Shown piece by piece: positions 1 to 10,470 of a stretch of 64,000 nt of DNA; position 1 is the stretch's first letter; every line of letters starts with the position of its first letter. A model generated the notes under the pieces. It saw only the letters and a program-made list of their open reading frames with translations, ran no database searches and was not told the origin of the DNA. This DNA is from Sessilibacter corallicola (GTDB lineage Bacteria > Pseudomonadota > Gammaproteobacteria > Pseudomonadales > Cellvibrionaceae): NCBI RefSeq assembly GCF_021290925.1, contig NZ_JAJSLX010000002.1, positions 1,110,235-1,174,234 of the forward strand. The letters are read 5' to 3'. Both the position numbers and the translations under genes were made by a program.

Positions 1-1976
1 ATGTGGTTTGACTCGTTTTTTACAATAGCGTGGGTTAAATAAAGATCGTTATTTTGACAATGCCCGACTGCATCAACGGTAACCCATTCATTGATTTTCC
101 AATCGGTAAATCTGGCTTGGCCGAAATTAAATTCTGTTGAGCATTTGGGTAATTCGATTTCTGAGTTTGTTTGTAACTGTTGTAATCGTTGCGCTGAATA
201 TTTGATGGCACCTACGGCACGGGTTTTTAGTGCATTGGGCCAAGGTGTTGCCTCGCTTTTATCCGTTTCTGGTGTTTCAAGATGATGATTCAGGTCTTTG
301 TTATTGGTCCACTGAGTAATTCGTTTTTGATTGACTTCGTGGGCTGTTAACGCGTTTTCCGATATCCAAGGTGTGATTAATACAATTAATTCACTGCGAG
401 TGTCGTTATCGAGATCACGACGAAACAGTTTGCCCAAAGCAGGAATATCACCTAGCAAAGGTACTTTTTCTTTAATTTCTTGTGTTTCGGTTTCGATCAT
501 ACCACCGACGGCAATGGTGGCGCCGTGGCGAGCCACTGCGGTAAGTTCAATGGTCGATTCCGTTACCGAATCAATGGCAACGTTAGTAACGGTGCCCAAC
601 CCTGATGATACCGGTAAATTGGTGACGCCTTCGTTTAGGGTGGTGCTGCTTTGTTCGATGTCTAAGGTAACGGTTTTATCGTCATTAATGCGTGGCCAAA
701 TACTTAATTCGGTGCCGATAATTCGAGTATCAGTTTCTAGATCGATATTAACAATAGTGGTGGATTCGTTAGTAATAATATCAGTGGTTGCACCGGTAAC
801 AATGACGCGATCCTCGCCGATGGTTAACCGAGCTTCTTTGTTGTTAGCCGAGATTACATTCGGTTGCGCCACTAAATTGATTCGGTTTTGCGTGTGCAAC
901 CATTCGATGGTTGCACTCAATTCGCTACCGGTAAGCTGTGCCAAGAACGCACCACCTTCTACGGGAAAATTACCTAAGTTCAATAATCGTCGCGGTGCAA
1001 AAATAGGATCTCCGTCACCGTCTTGGCCTGTTTGAATTTGACCTTGTTGATACGCGTAATCAAAAATTGAACGTTCTTCTTGCCCTAAATTAGCTCTTAA
1101 TATTTTCACTTCCAGTAATACTTGTTGAGCCGGGCGGTCAATACTTTTGATGAGTTTATTGATGTCACTAATAACGGATGCGTCGCTGGTACGAATTAAC
1201 AATAGATTGTGCAAATAATTCCAAGTGACAAAAATAGGGGGCTCTTGTCGAACTCTTGATTGAATAAGCTGCGATTCACTGATGTTGACGGATTCCCCAG
1301 AATTTAACTGGTTACCGTCGAAAAAGTCTCGTCTCACTTCGACCGCGTCTTGATCGCGCGCGTTGTTACCGCCAACAATTTGTACTCGGTTGTTGCGATT
1401 GTTTCGGTTGTTATTATTTCGATTAGTGGCGTTGTTGCGGTTACCGCCCACACCGGCACCTTCGCCACCGCCAATGTCGCCTTCTAATTCGTAACTGGCA
1501 TTTTCGCTAGGCTCGGTCAATTCAACGCGATCGCCATAGAGTGATTCAATAGCGTTGGCAGCGTCGGAGACATTCTGATGTTTTAGCTCGTAAATTTTGG
1601 TAATAAAATCTTTTTGTACAACAATTTCGCGATTGAATTCGTCTTCGGTCAAAATGTAGTAAATGTTGTGTTCTTTGTCTCTGCGATACCACAAGCCGCT
1701 AACACGACAGATGCCATCGATAACTCCTTCAACCGTGGTATCTTTTAAATAAATCGATACTTTCTCGGTTTTTGCGGCCTCGGTTGCAACAATATTGACT
1801 TGTGCCATTTCGCTAATAACACGTACCGCATCGCCGACGTCGGCGTCTTTAAATTCAACCGTGCCAAGCCGTTGCTCTTTTGAGAAAGCGGCAGTTGAAA
1901 AGGCGATAGTTGAGAAGGAGATAGTTGAGGACGCCAATAAAACCACTAGGATGGTCGAATAAAATGTTCGATTCAT
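1..1976 (-). CDS. Type IV pilus / T2SS-family secretin (MshL/PilQ-like), partial; C-terminus lies beyond the window start
   Basis: Minus-strand ATG at 1976 gives MNRTFYSTILVVLLASS... with a signal peptide, a secretin N-domain-like region (…VEFKDADVGDAVRVISEMAQVNIV…), then a Gly/Asn-rich linker. The frame stays open to position 1; the ORF track omits it because there is no stop in the window. It sits downstream of the PilP-like, GspF and GspE genes. Confidence 0.75.
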   Translation of the reverse strand, partial: MNRTFYSTILVVLLASSTISFSTIAFSTAAFSKEQRLGTVEFKDADVGDAVRVISEMAQVNIVATEAAKTEKVSIYLKDTTVEGVIDGICRVSGLWYRRDKEHNIYYILTEDEFNREIVVQKDFITKIYELKHQNVSDAANAIESLYGDRVELTEPSENASYELEGDIGGGEGAGVGGNRNNATNRNNNNRNNRNNRVQIVGGNNARDQDAVEVRRDFFDGNQLNSGESVNISESQLIQSRVRQEPPIFVTWNYLHNLLLIRTSDASVISDINKLIKSIDRPAQQVLLEVKILRANLGQEERSIFDYAYQQGQIQTGQDGDGDPIFAPRRLLNLGNFPVEGGAFLAQLTGSELSATIEWLHTQNRINLVAQPNVISANNKEARLTIGEDRVIVTGATTDIITNESTTIVNIDLETDTRIIGTELSIWPRINDDKTVTLDIEQSSTTLNEGVTNLPVSSGLGTVTNVAIDSVTESTIELTAVARHGATIAVGGMIETETQEIKEKVPLLGDIPALGKLFRRDLDNDTRSELIVLITPWISENALTAHEVNQKRITQWTNNKDLNHHLETPETDKSEATPWPNALKTRAVGAIKYSAQRLQQLQTNSEIELPKCSTEFNFGQARFTDWKINEWVTVDAVGHCQNNDLYLTHAIVKNESNH

Positions 1977-2494
1977 CGGATTACAAACCTCTGTTCTGAT
2001 ACACCGCCGTACAATCCCGTACGTACGACTAGACTTAAACGAGAAATTGATTCAATTAAAATTACGTCTCGTCCATTGCCAATTCCATTTAAGCCGACTG
2101 TGTCGCCTTCGCGCACCACAAAGACGCCTAAGCCGTCGATTTCTAAAAGTGCAGTGAGTGGATCGTTTTCGTCGACGCCAGTAATAACACCTTTTAAGCG
2201 CATTTTCGGAAGTTTTAAGTCTCCCGTGATTGGTACGAAGTCAATGTCTTGCTTGAGTTTAAAATTTTCGTTATCGAGCATTTGTGGGGTTACGGCGAAT
2301 GGATCGCGGCCAATAACGGTGAAGGCGGAGTAATCTCGATTATTCTGCGTGGAAATCGGTAACGCTCGATTGTTAAGATTTGGATCAGACGGCTGCGATG
2401 GAAGCGACGTTTGCGCCTGAATTTTAATAGCCGTTAACACGCTTAAAAATACGAAGGTACAGGGTATGATCGTGTTTTTCGATGACTCTAACAC
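1973..2494 (-). CDS. PilP/GspC-HR-like pilot or inner-membrane linker protein (MshK-like)
   Basis: 173 aa with an N-terminal hydrophobic segment and a C-terminal beta-domain pattern (LKGVITG…GDTVGLNG…VILIESISRLSLVV). Its start overlaps the secretin start by 4 bp, and it lies between GspF and the secretin. Confidence 0.45.
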   Translation of the reverse strand: MLESSKNTIIPCTFVFLSVLTAIKIQAQTSLPSQPSDPNLNNRALPISTQNNRDYSAFTVIGRDPFAVTPQMLDNENFKLKQDIDFVPITGDLKLPKMRLKGVITGVDENDPLTALLEIDGLGVFVVREGDTVGLNGIGNGRDVILIESISRLSLVVRTGLYGGVSEQRFVIR

Positions 2495-2496
2495 GG

Positions 2497-3723
2497 TTAA
2501 TTTCCTCCGGTGGAAACGGCAAAAATAAGCTGAAAAATGGACAAATAAACAAACGCAACCGGTATGCCTACCATCAATAGTAAGGTCGGCTCGATAAACG
2601 CCAGCATTCTTTTGATACTGGCTTGTAATTCTTGGCTGTAATAATTACCCATTTCTTCCATGACTCGTTCGAGTTCACCGCTTTTTTCCCCAACGGATGC
2701 CATTTTACGAAACAGCTCTGGAATAAATGGCTGCGAGATTGCTAAGGCAAGGGAAGATCCGTTAAATACTTTGTCGGCTGCTCGGTGGTAGCTTTTTTTC
2801 AGTGACGCGTTGCCGCTGATGCGTTCGCAGATTTTTAGTGAATCAATAATGGTAACGCCGCTGGAGGTTAATAATGCTAATGACCAACCCGCGCGCGCCA
2901 TATTTTCGGTTAATACCGCGTTGCCAATTAATGGTAGCGATAAAATAATACGGTCGAATATTTTTTTACCCAACGCGGTGGTGTAGAACGCAAGCAAAGA
3001 AAATATGCCGGCAATAAATACAATAAGTACCGTGAGTCCGTGGTACGTTAACAGGTCTGAAAAAGCCATCATTTTTTGAGTGCTTGCGGGTAAATCCAAT
3101 GCCCGACCTTCAATAAACACTTTCATTTTTGGCAGTACCCATACCGCCATTAATACCAATAAACCTATGGTCAATGAAATAACAATAACCGGATAGATCA
3201 TTGCGGTAACGAGCTGTCGTTTTAAATCTGCTGCTCGTTCTTGCTCAATCGCCAGACGATGCAATACCTGATCAAGTTCGCCGCTGATTTCTGCACTGCG
3301 TACTAATTCAATGGCTTGGGGTGGAAACGTTTTCGGAAACAACGCCAGTGCTTCTGCAAAAGATTTTCCGTGCTGAATTTCGGTTCGTATTCTACGAAGG
3401 GTTGCGCTGAGTTTGGCTTTTGAGGCTAAATCCGCGCTCAGATCGAGTGCTTCTAATAAAGTATGACCCGACATCAGCATTAAGCTGAGTTGGCGATACA
3501 ATTGTATATAGTCGCGCTTATTGGTCGGCGTCCAATAACTGGGTTTGCATTTTTCCAGTGCGGCTCGCCAATTAATACCATCGGAATTTGATCCCAATTT
3601 TAGATCGATAATAAACATGCCTTGAGAACGCAGTAATTTCACAGCATCCTGTTCGTTCGCAGCGTCAATACTGCCGCGAACTTCCTTGTGATTTTGCATG
3701 GCAACGTAGGCAAAACTGGTCAT
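2497..3723 (-). CDS. Type II secretion / type IV pilus platform protein (GspF/PilC/MshG family)
   Basis: 408 aa with two T2SS-F repeats and 3 predicted TM segments (…LSATLRRIRTEIQHGKSFAEALA…). Overlaps the upstream ATPase gene by 4 bp. Confidence 0.9.
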   Translation of the reverse strand: MTSFAYVAMQNHKEVRGSIDAANEQDAVKLLRSQGMFIIDLKLGSNSDGINWRAALEKCKPSYWTPTNKRDYIQLYRQLSLMLMSGHTLLEALDLSADLASKAKLSATLRRIRTEIQHGKSFAEALALFPKTFPPQAIELVRSAEISGELDQVLHRLAIEQERAADLKRQLVTAMIYPVIVISLTIGLLVLMAVWVLPKMKVFIEGRALDLPASTQKMMAFSDLLTYHGLTVLIVFIAGIFSLLAFYTTALGKKIFDRIILSLPLIGNAVLTENMARAGWSLALLTSSGVTIIDSLKICERISGNASLKKSYHRAADKVFNGSSLALAISQPFIPELFRKMASVGEKSGELERVMEEMGNYYSQELQASIKRMLAFIEPTLLLMVGIPVAFVYLSIFQLIFAVSTGGN

Positions 3724-5417
3724 GCAATGTCCTCTTTAATTGACGACATACCGGTTTCAATTTGCAGTGTGTCGGTGTTATTAACCAAGCTTCCGCTGTA
3801 ACTGTTTAAGTCTTGGAACGGTCGAATTTCTTCAATGGATGTTTCACCAAGCACCACTTTATGAATGGCGTCTTGCCACAGCGTGTACAATTGATCGGTA
3901 GCTCTTGATCTTATTTCGTCTTCGTTGACACCGGAGGCAATTAATCGAGCCATTTCTTGATCGACCCAAAACATTTCATGCAATCCAATACGGCCTTTGT
4001 AACCCGTACCCATGCAAGCCGGGCAACCTTTGGCTGAATAAATATGATCAACGTGAAATAAATTTTGTAGGTGCGCGTTTAGCGGTTCTTTTTGTTTGCA
4101 TTTTCTGCACAATCTTCTGACTAACCGCTGGGCAATGACCAACTTTAAGGTTGAGGCAATCATAAAATGCTCACAACCGAGATTTTGTAATCGACTCACA
4201 GATGCAATGGCATTGTTGGTGTGCAAGGTCGACAACACCAAATGCCCGGTCATCGACGCTTTTAATGCGGTTTCGGCGGTATCAAAATCTCGTACCTCAC
4301 CCACTAAAATAACATCTGGGTCATGCCGTAAAAAAGAACGCAAGGCTTGAGCAAAACTAACTTTCATGCTTACTTGCACTTGTGTTGCATCTTCTAACAC
4401 TTGCTCGATGGGATCTTCGATGGTTAAGACGTTGTATTCGTTTCGGTCGATTTCGCGTAGGGCGGCGTAAAGCGTAGTCGATTTACCACTGCCCGTCGGT
4501 CCGGTTACCAACACCAGTCCGTTGGGATAATTTAAGAGTTCTTCCAGTCGAGTTCTAATTTTAGGATTTAAATCTAAATTTTCTATGCCGAGCAATTCAG
4601 CTTCTTGCCCTAAAATACGTAAGGTCACGCGTTCGCCAAAACGGCAGGGCAGTGTTGCCACACGAAGATCAAATGCCGATAAATTCCAATCACTGATTTC
4701 ATAGGAAAAACCGCCATCTTGTGGCATGCGTTGTTCCGAAATATCGAGACTGGCGAGCACTTTAATGCGATTCACCAGTAATCCGGCTTCGTCCGAATTC
4801 AATAATTTAGGGTAAGGAATAAGGCGACCATCAACACGCAGTGAGACTTTCAGTTCGTCTTTTTCGGGTTTCAAATGAATATCGGAAGCGTTGCAGACAA
4901 ACGCTTCTTTCATTAATTCATCGAACAATTCCACCGGGTCTTGATCACCCAAAGGGTTGGTAATGGCAATCTCTTTTTGCAATACCGATTTTATAGAAAC
5001 AGGCTCGGCCAGTGCGATGGAAAAAGAGTGATTGAGTATGCGTTTGAAATTATCAATGGCGACGTGATCGTCGGGATCTGCCATTGCAAGAATAAGTTGC
5101 TCGTTGCGTTTAACGGGCAATACCAAACGCCGTTGCAGCAGTTGATCCGGTATTTTTGCTAAAACATCGTTATCGACACTTAATTTTGACAGCGGTAAAA
5201 AATTCAGTTTACGTTGCTCGGCAACGGCTTGATACATTACCGTGCGTGCTATTCGATAATCTCTGCCGATAATTTCTGACAGCGATAACCGATCGTGTCG
5301 TGCCACGCGTTTGGCTTGCGCTACGTCTTCGGGCTTTAATAAATTAGCGTGCACCAGTGCGTTCACTAATGTAGCTTCATTGATAGACACTGGATTGTCC
5401 TCCCACCTGAGCGACAA
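3720..5417 (-). CDS. GspE/PilB/MshE-family assembly ATPase
   Basis: 565 aa with a T2SE N-terminal domain, Walker A (VLVTGPTGSGKSTTL), Asp/His boxes and a C-terminal tetracysteine CRKC…CPAC Zn motif. Confidence 0.9.
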   Translation of the reverse strand: MSLRWEDNPVSINEATLVNALVHANLLKPEDVAQAKRVARHDRLSLSEIIGRDYRIARTVMYQAVAEQRKLNFLPLSKLSVDNDVLAKIPDQLLQRRLVLPVKRNEQLILAMADPDDHVAIDNFKRILNHSFSIALAEPVSIKSVLQKEIAITNPLGDQDPVELFDELMKEAFVCNASDIHLKPEKDELKVSLRVDGRLIPYPKLLNSDEAGLLVNRIKVLASLDISEQRMPQDGGFSYEISDWNLSAFDLRVATLPCRFGERVTLRILGQEAELLGIENLDLNPKIRTRLEELLNYPNGLVLVTGPTGSGKSTTLYAALREIDRNEYNVLTIEDPIEQVLEDATQVQVSMKVSFAQALRSFLRHDPDVILVGEVRDFDTAETALKASMTGHLVLSTLHTNNAIASVSRLQNLGCEHFMIASTLKLVIAQRLVRRLCRKCKQKEPLNAHLQNLFHVDHIYSAKGCPACMGTGYKGRIGLHEMFWVDQEMARLIASGVNEDEIRSRATDQLYTLWQDAIHKVVLGETSIEEIRPFQDLNSYSGSLVNNTDTLQIETGMSSIKEDIA

Positions 5418-6516
5418 GCTCTTTTAGGGTATTGGGTTGACGTGCGTAACTTTGTGCAAGCTCTAAGCTAATCCATCGGTTAGACACCAAATCTGCTAAG
5501 GATTGATCTAGAGTTTGCATGCCCTGTGAACGATTACTTTCTATGGTGGAGTACAACTGACGCGTCTTGTCGTTCTCAATTAAATTACTGACGGCAGAAT
5601 TTTTCAGTAACACTTCTACCGCCGGGACTCGGCCTAAGCCGTTGCTGGTCGGCAATAAATGTTGTGCAACCACTGCACGCAAACAACGCGACAATCGAAC
5701 TCTTGCCAAGTCTTGTTCGTTACCCGGAAACGCGCCAATAAGACGTTCAATAGAACTGACCGCGTCGTTCGTGTGGAGCGTGGAAAATACTAAGTGGCCT
5801 GTTTCTGCCGCGGTTAATGCTGCACGAATGGTTTCAAGATCGCGCATTTCGCCGACCATTAAAACATCGGGATCTTCTCGCAGAGCAGCGCGAACGGCGT
5901 GGGGGAATTCCGTAAAATCCCGTCCCATTTCCCGTTGGTGAATCACAGCTTTTGACGGGCGATGAATAAACTCCACAGGATCTTCAATGGTAATAATATG
6001 AACCGGGCGTTTGTGGGCAATGTCGTGAATTAACGACGCCAGTGTTGTTGATTTACCTGAACCTGTTGCCCCACACACCAACACCAAGCCACTGAGTGTC
6101 TCGGTTAAATTTTCTATTGCCCGAGGTAAATGCAAATCGCTCAAGCTTTGGAAATTATTGTTTAAATGCCGCAAGGCAATCGCCAGTGATCCCAGACACT
6201 GATAGGCGTTAATTCGATATCGATGCCCTTGCTCACAGGTGTAACCAAAATCGACACTGCCGTGGGAGTCGAGAGTTTGCTGTAATTGAGTTTCCGGCAA
6301 TGATGTGTGTGCTTTAGCCTCTGTTTTTTCGGGCTCTTGATACTGGCTGGTTAAACCGAGAAACAGTGATCTAACCTCATCTTGCGTCAGTGTTTCGCCT
6401 TCGGTGATTAATTTACCGTGCACCCGAAATGATACGGGTGCGTTTTCAGAAATATGAATGTCTGAGGCTTTTTGTTTTCTTGCCTGTTCTAACAGTGCTT
6501 GTAATGACCGATTCAT
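5377..6516 (-). CDS. pilT: PilT/PilU-family retraction ATPase encoded inside the pilus cluster
   Basis: 379 aa aligning along its whole length with the canonical PilT pattern: ASDIHIS N-terminus, Walker A (GATGSGKSTTL), IITIEDPVEF, DVLMVGEMRDLETI, AAETGHLVFSTLHT. No C-terminal Zn motif. Confidence 0.85.
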   Translation of the reverse strand: MNRSLQALLEQARKQKASDIHISENAPVSFRVHGKLITEGETLTQDEVRSLFLGLTSQYQEPEKTEAKAHTSLPETQLQQTLDSHGSVDFGYTCEQGHRYRINAYQCLGSLAIALRHLNNNFQSLSDLHLPRAIENLTETLSGLVLVCGATGSGKSTTLASLIHDIAHKRPVHIITIEDPVEFIHRPSKAVIHQREMGRDFTEFPHAVRAALREDPDVLMVGEMRDLETIRAALTAAETGHLVFSTLHTNDAVSSIERLIGAFPGNEQDLARVRLSRCLRAVVAQHLLPTSNGLGRVPAVEVLLKNSAVSNLIENDKTRQLYSTIESNRSQGMQTLDQSLADLVSNRWISLELAQSYARQPNTLKELVAQVGGQSSVYQ

Positions 6517-7157
6517 ATGGCGAGCACCATTTCTACGCGCAGCAATTGCTGTACTTCCAACGCTTGGCGAGCGTTCATATTGGGTTCGTCGGCGATCACT
6601 TGAAAACGAATCGGTGCAACCGTGTAGCTGAGCGTGTTTAATTCATCCAGTAAAGTTTGTACGGCAAAATAGCTGCCCCAAGCTTCAAAGATTAATAAGG
6701 GTCTGCCGTACACACGGTCTACGTCTGATTCCTGATCGACCTCTGGTGCGTTGTTAATATCGTCAGAGCGTTTCAGTGAGCCTTCGAGTTTAATCACTCG
6801 CATGCCCAAACTGTTGGCGAGGTCACTTAATTCTCGGCGCAGCTTTTGCTGTTCTTGCGAGTTTTCGATGGGCGTGAATCGCTGTAATAACCGACGTAAA
6901 CTCTGTTTGTCTTGTTCGAATTTACCACTCATTTCTTCGATTTGTTTTTCAAGACCAACCGTACTTTTCGGCTGAACAACGGTTTCGGCCCGGTTTTCAA
7001 TGCGGTCTAAACGGCGGTTTATTCTATTTTCGGTGTCGGCAATGTCTTTATAGACATCGCTATACCACAGTCCGTAACCGGCAAGCATAACGGCAGTGAT
7101 CAAAATCAATAATTGATTTTGTTGTGTTTTACTGAGCTTTAACCAGAGAGATTTCAT
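6513..7157 (-). CDS. PilO/MshJ-like inner-membrane pilus assembly protein
   Basis: 214 aa with a single N-terminal TM (LLILITAVMLAGYGLW), then a coiled-coil and a periplasmic domain. Position between the PilM-N fusion and the ATPase genes. Confidence 0.5.
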   Translation of the reverse strand: MKSLWLKLSKTQQNQLLILITAVMLAGYGLWYSDVYKDIADTENRINRRLDRIENRAETVVQPKSTVGLEKQIEEMSGKFEQDKQSLRRLLQRFTPIENSQEQQKLRRELSDLANSLGMRVIKLEGSLKRSDDINNAPEVDQESDVDRVYGRPLLIFEAWGSYFAVQTLLDELNTLSYTVAPIRFQVIADEPNMNARQALEVQQLLRVEMVLAI

Positions 7158-9187
7158 TGCGGTGACCTCTCGTTGATACTGATCGTTGAAAGAGCCGAGA
7201 CGACGGATTTATCGGTTTTTGCGGTACTGACATTGGGCACTAACCATAAATTAATGGTGTAGCCATTCAGTCCAAAACGTCCGATACCCGATTGAATATC
7301 AGGGTCGACGACTCGGTAGTTTAATCTTGCAACGGCTTGTTGCAGGCGCTCAATAAATTCCGTGGCGCTGGGGTTGTCGGTTGCCCAAGCCGTTAAATTG
7401 AATCGATCGCGACTGTTGCGTCTGGGTTCTTGCAGTTTGTCGATCATGACATTATTTGAAACGCTCAGCGCAACTGTTTTTAGTAATCTTGGTACCAAAC
7501 GGGTGCGAGACATCACTCGATTGGATAATCGATCCAGCTGCTCTGATTGACTCTTAAATTCTTTTTCTAACGTTTCAAGCTCTTGCTCTTTCTTTTTGAA
7601 TTCACCGTTAATGCTGCTGAGTTGTCGATTCAGTGCGAGCTTTTGTCGGTATTCTTCATCGAGCGCGGCGAGTTCTTGCTTTAAATCATCTTGCAGCCAA
7701 ACCGAGTAAACGCCGTGAATAATTAATGCAAAAAATAATGCGGCGGGAATTCCCAATCGATACACGTCGATGTTTTTCCACACTGGCGGCGCTGGTTCTT
7801 TTGGTGGAATAAGCGGCAGGCTAATGTGTTCGTTTTCGAGACCAAAAATACCAAACTTATGGTTTTTAATGGCCAATCCCAAAATGGCACAATGGATTGC
7901 GTGAGGTATATCTAAATGCGAACCGCCTGATTTTGACGTGTCTGTTTTAGACGTGGCCGTTTTAGTGGTAGATATTACAGATGTACCAGTATCCGACGTA
8001 CCAGTTTCCGACGTAAGGATATCTGAGTGAACTGAATTTAATACTCTGATATCACGTTGTACTTTATTGGCAAGTGTTGCCAGAAACGTTGTTTTGGCTG
8101 ACGGATCTTGATAACTGGTATACCAAACGATATCGCACTCTTCACGGGTAATTTCTGTGATGATGGATTCGAGTTGTTGGTCTAAATTTGAGTTGGCGGG
8201 TCGAGCCTGGATTTGTAAGTTGGTTATTTTATTATTAATACACGAATAAGCCGCAATGTAATCCATGCTGGTTTCGACGATTGCAAATTTGTCGATCCCA
8301 TGAGTGTGCGCCACGTTAGATGCACAGGTGGCGAGTGGTACGATATTGCTGACTTTAAAACCGTTGTGTACAAAGGCGTTGTACCAGGTTTTTCGAATTT
8401 TTGCTTCGATACCGGCGGTTAACCACTGGTGATAGGTTTCGTCTTCACGTTCGTAACTGTGCAGTTGCCAACCACAGGCGATGTGCGTTTTTGAATGAGC
8501 CAAGCGCTCTTGATAATTCAGCGATTCGTGCAAATCTTCTTTGGAGATAAAACCAAGGTCGATAGCAACTTCACCGAACCGAGCCAGACTGTTGCCTTGG
8601 CTGCGACGCAGTTCCAGTTCGTTAGCGATGTTGGTTCTTTGCTGTTCGGTAATTAAATGACGGCCGTGTAAAATGGCACCGATAGTAAAATATTCATTGG
8701 TGTCGGCGATCAGTGTTTCTAGCTCGTAACCGAGCATTGATTCCATTTGCGCAGGTTTACGAGGTTTTTCTGGATCGAGGGGTAAATCCAATAGCGCGGG
8801 TACGGCAAAGCTTGAAATAAACACCACGGATTTAGGTAATTTTTTGCCAGCGCTTTCGGCAAGACGTTCTTTGGCTTCTTTTAACGCGTAGGCAGGGTCG
8901 GTATCGTTGCTTTGTGCACAGAGTTCAATCACCGGGTATTCGGTGTTGAGTTCGGAGTCTGTTTTTTCCGAATCGGAATTTTTGGTATTTTCGTTATCGG
9001 TTTTTCCAGACGCTACTTTTTTAAAGGTTGCTTTTTTAAAGGTTACTTTTTTAAAGGTTACTTTTTTAAATTTTACTAGGGCCAACCAAAGGCAGTAGCC
9101 ATTGTGAACGGCAATTAATTGCTCATCGCTACTGGCGTAGCGCAGCGCATTCCATCGAGATTTTAACGGAGCCAAAACAGTGTTCAT
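7154..9187 (-). CDS. PilM-like (actin-fold) / PilN-like fusion protein (MshI-like)
   Basis: 677 aa. Long N-terminal cytoplasmic region, then a central TM (GIPAALFFALIIHGVYSVW) followed by coiled-coil plus a periplasmic domain, as in PilN. Contains an in-frame 4 x 15-bp tandem repeat encoding KKVTF units. Confidence 0.5.
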   Translation of the reverse strand: MNTVLAPLKSRWNALRYASSDEQLIAVHNGYCLWLALVKFKKVTFKKVTFKKATFKKVASGKTDNENTKNSDSEKTDSELNTEYPVIELCAQSNDTDPAYALKEAKERLAESAGKKLPKSVVFISSFAVPALLDLPLDPEKPRKPAQMESMLGYELETLIADTNEYFTIGAILHGRHLITEQQRTNIANELELRRSQGNSLARFGEVAIDLGFISKEDLHESLNYQERLAHSKTHIACGWQLHSYEREDETYHQWLTAGIEAKIRKTWYNAFVHNGFKVSNIVPLATCASNVAHTHGIDKFAIVETSMDYIAAYSCINNKITNLQIQARPANSNLDQQLESIITEITREECDIVWYTSYQDPSAKTTFLATLANKVQRDIRVLNSVHSDILTSETGTSDTGTSVISTTKTATSKTDTSKSGGSHLDIPHAIHCAILGLAIKNHKFGIFGLENEHISLPLIPPKEPAPPVWKNIDVYRLGIPAALFFALIIHGVYSVWLQDDLKQELAALDEEYRQKLALNRQLSSINGEFKKKEQELETLEKEFKSQSEQLDRLSNRVMSRTRLVPRLLKTVALSVSNNVMIDKLQEPRRNSRDRFNLTAWATDNPSATEFIERLQQAVARLNYRVVDPDIQSGIGRFGLNGYTINLWLVPNVSTAKTDKSVVSALSTISINERSPQ

Positions 9188-10470
9188 AAGGACGATCTCC
9201 AGTCAATCTGGATGGGATTGGAGCTAACACCAACATTGGGTGCGGTATGGGCATTTAACTGAATAATGTCTGATAACCCTTGTGCACTGGCGCTGGGAAA
9301 AGGATTGGTGGTGCAGGTATTGGTTAAATCGTTATAAATATACAAACCGATTCTGATTGGACCTTGCGCTAAGGTAAGCTCAGCAGTAGGCGTTGCTTCG
9401 TCGGTTTCCATCATTGGCGAAAACACAAAAGAATCATCACCGTTTGAGGAAGGTAAATTAACGGTTAAATCGATGGTATTGGTATCATCCGATCTATGAC
9501 TGCTATTGGTTATTAATCCATGATTGACTCGAATTACACGCGCGCAGATTTCGTTTTCTCCGTCGGTAAAATCGTAATGAGGTATTGTGCAAGCCGTCGC
9601 TGGAGTCCAAGTTCCTCCAGCCGATGTGCAATTAGACTCACGGTTTATGCCTGGAATATCACAGTCACCGTAAACTGGCACCCACGTCGTTGATGTTTCA
9701 GCGTCGCAATCAGCAGCGGAATCGACACTGATATCATCATTAACGCAGTACAAATGTTCTGGATCCCAGAAAAACCCAGCAGCGTTGCAACTGGCCTGTG
9801 TTGTTATTCCATCGGCGCGGCATTGCCCGCAAACCGATGGGCTATTTATATCGAGATATAAAGGACTAAACGGTAGGGGTACGAGATGTTGGTTATTGGT
9901 AACCGCTACGGTTTGCAGTGTGGAATCACCGTAGTCGATATTGGTACCGGTTAAATTATTGGTGGTTAAATCGGTGTCGGTATCTAGGCCAAAACTGCCG
10001 ATAGTTAATTGATTGGCAACGGATAAATCCCAGCTCCAATCATTACCCCAGCCGTCGCGAAAATCGGCGTTGAGTGTGCGAATGTAAGGGCCGTTCCAGC
10101 CGTGCCAAATTTCAGAGTCAGCATCAAATTGCCAAGCACAGGTTTGGTTACCGGCGGTGTCCGGGTTGCAATCGGTGGGTTCTGTCAGTAATTCATTTAA
10201 ACTTAATGGCAAACGGCCCATGTCACTGACAAAGCCATCGACATTATTGGTAGTGTTGGCGTTTGGGTCAGTTCCTAAAATGGCGTTTTGTATAACCGCT
10301 AATTTTCGGCGAGTTTCTTCGAATCTATTTTGGTTGTCGGAATTGTCCACTACTGATAAAGCTAAGGTTGCCGCTGTTGCGATTAGGCCCAACACAATAA
10401 GCAATTCCAGCAATGAAAAGCCGGAATTCTTGAGCGGTATTTTTGATGTTAATACGCGATTCATTCTCAC
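9184..10470 (-). CDS. Large type IV pilin-like protein with a Cys-rich C-terminal domain (putative minor pilin / tip adhesin, MshQ-like)
   Basis: 428 aa. Class III signal MRMNRVLTSKIPLKNSG|FSLLELLIVLGLIA (G-F cleavage site, E at +5). The C-terminal region has 12 Cys and Trp-rich motifs. Confidence 0.6.
   Translation of the reverse strand: MRMNRVLTSKIPLKNSGFSLLELLIVLGLIATAATLALSVVDNSDNQNRFEETRRKLAVIQNAILGTDPNANTTNNVDGFVSDMGRLPLSLNELLTEPTDCNPDTAGNQTCAWQFDADSEIWHGWNGPYIRTLNADFRDGWGNDWSWDLSVANQLTIGSFGLDTDTDLTTNNLTGTNIDYGDSTLQTVAVTNNQHLVPLPFSPLYLDINSPSVCGQCRADGITTQASCNAAGFFWDPEHLYCVNDDISVDSAADCDAETSTTWVPVYGDCDIPGINRESNCTSAGGTWTPATACTIPHYDFTDGENEICARVIRVNHGLITNSSHRSDDTNTIDLTVNLPSSNGDDSFVFSPMMETDEATPTAELTLAQGPIRIGLYIYNDLTNTCTTNPFPSASAQGLSDIIQLNAHTAPNVGVSSNPIQIDWRSSL

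Noticed and set aside
331-1035. 234-aa plus-strand ORF
   Set aside because: Lies antisense within the open minus-strand secretin reading frame (clear secretin N-domain/linker translation). Low-complexity Ser/Val-rich product, so a spurious shadow ORF.
5377-5417. 41-bp overlap between GspE-like and PilT-like ORFs suggesting a mis-called start
   Set aside because: Probably the GspE-like gene starts at a downstream in-frame codon. This does not affect the calls and cannot be resolved without alignment.
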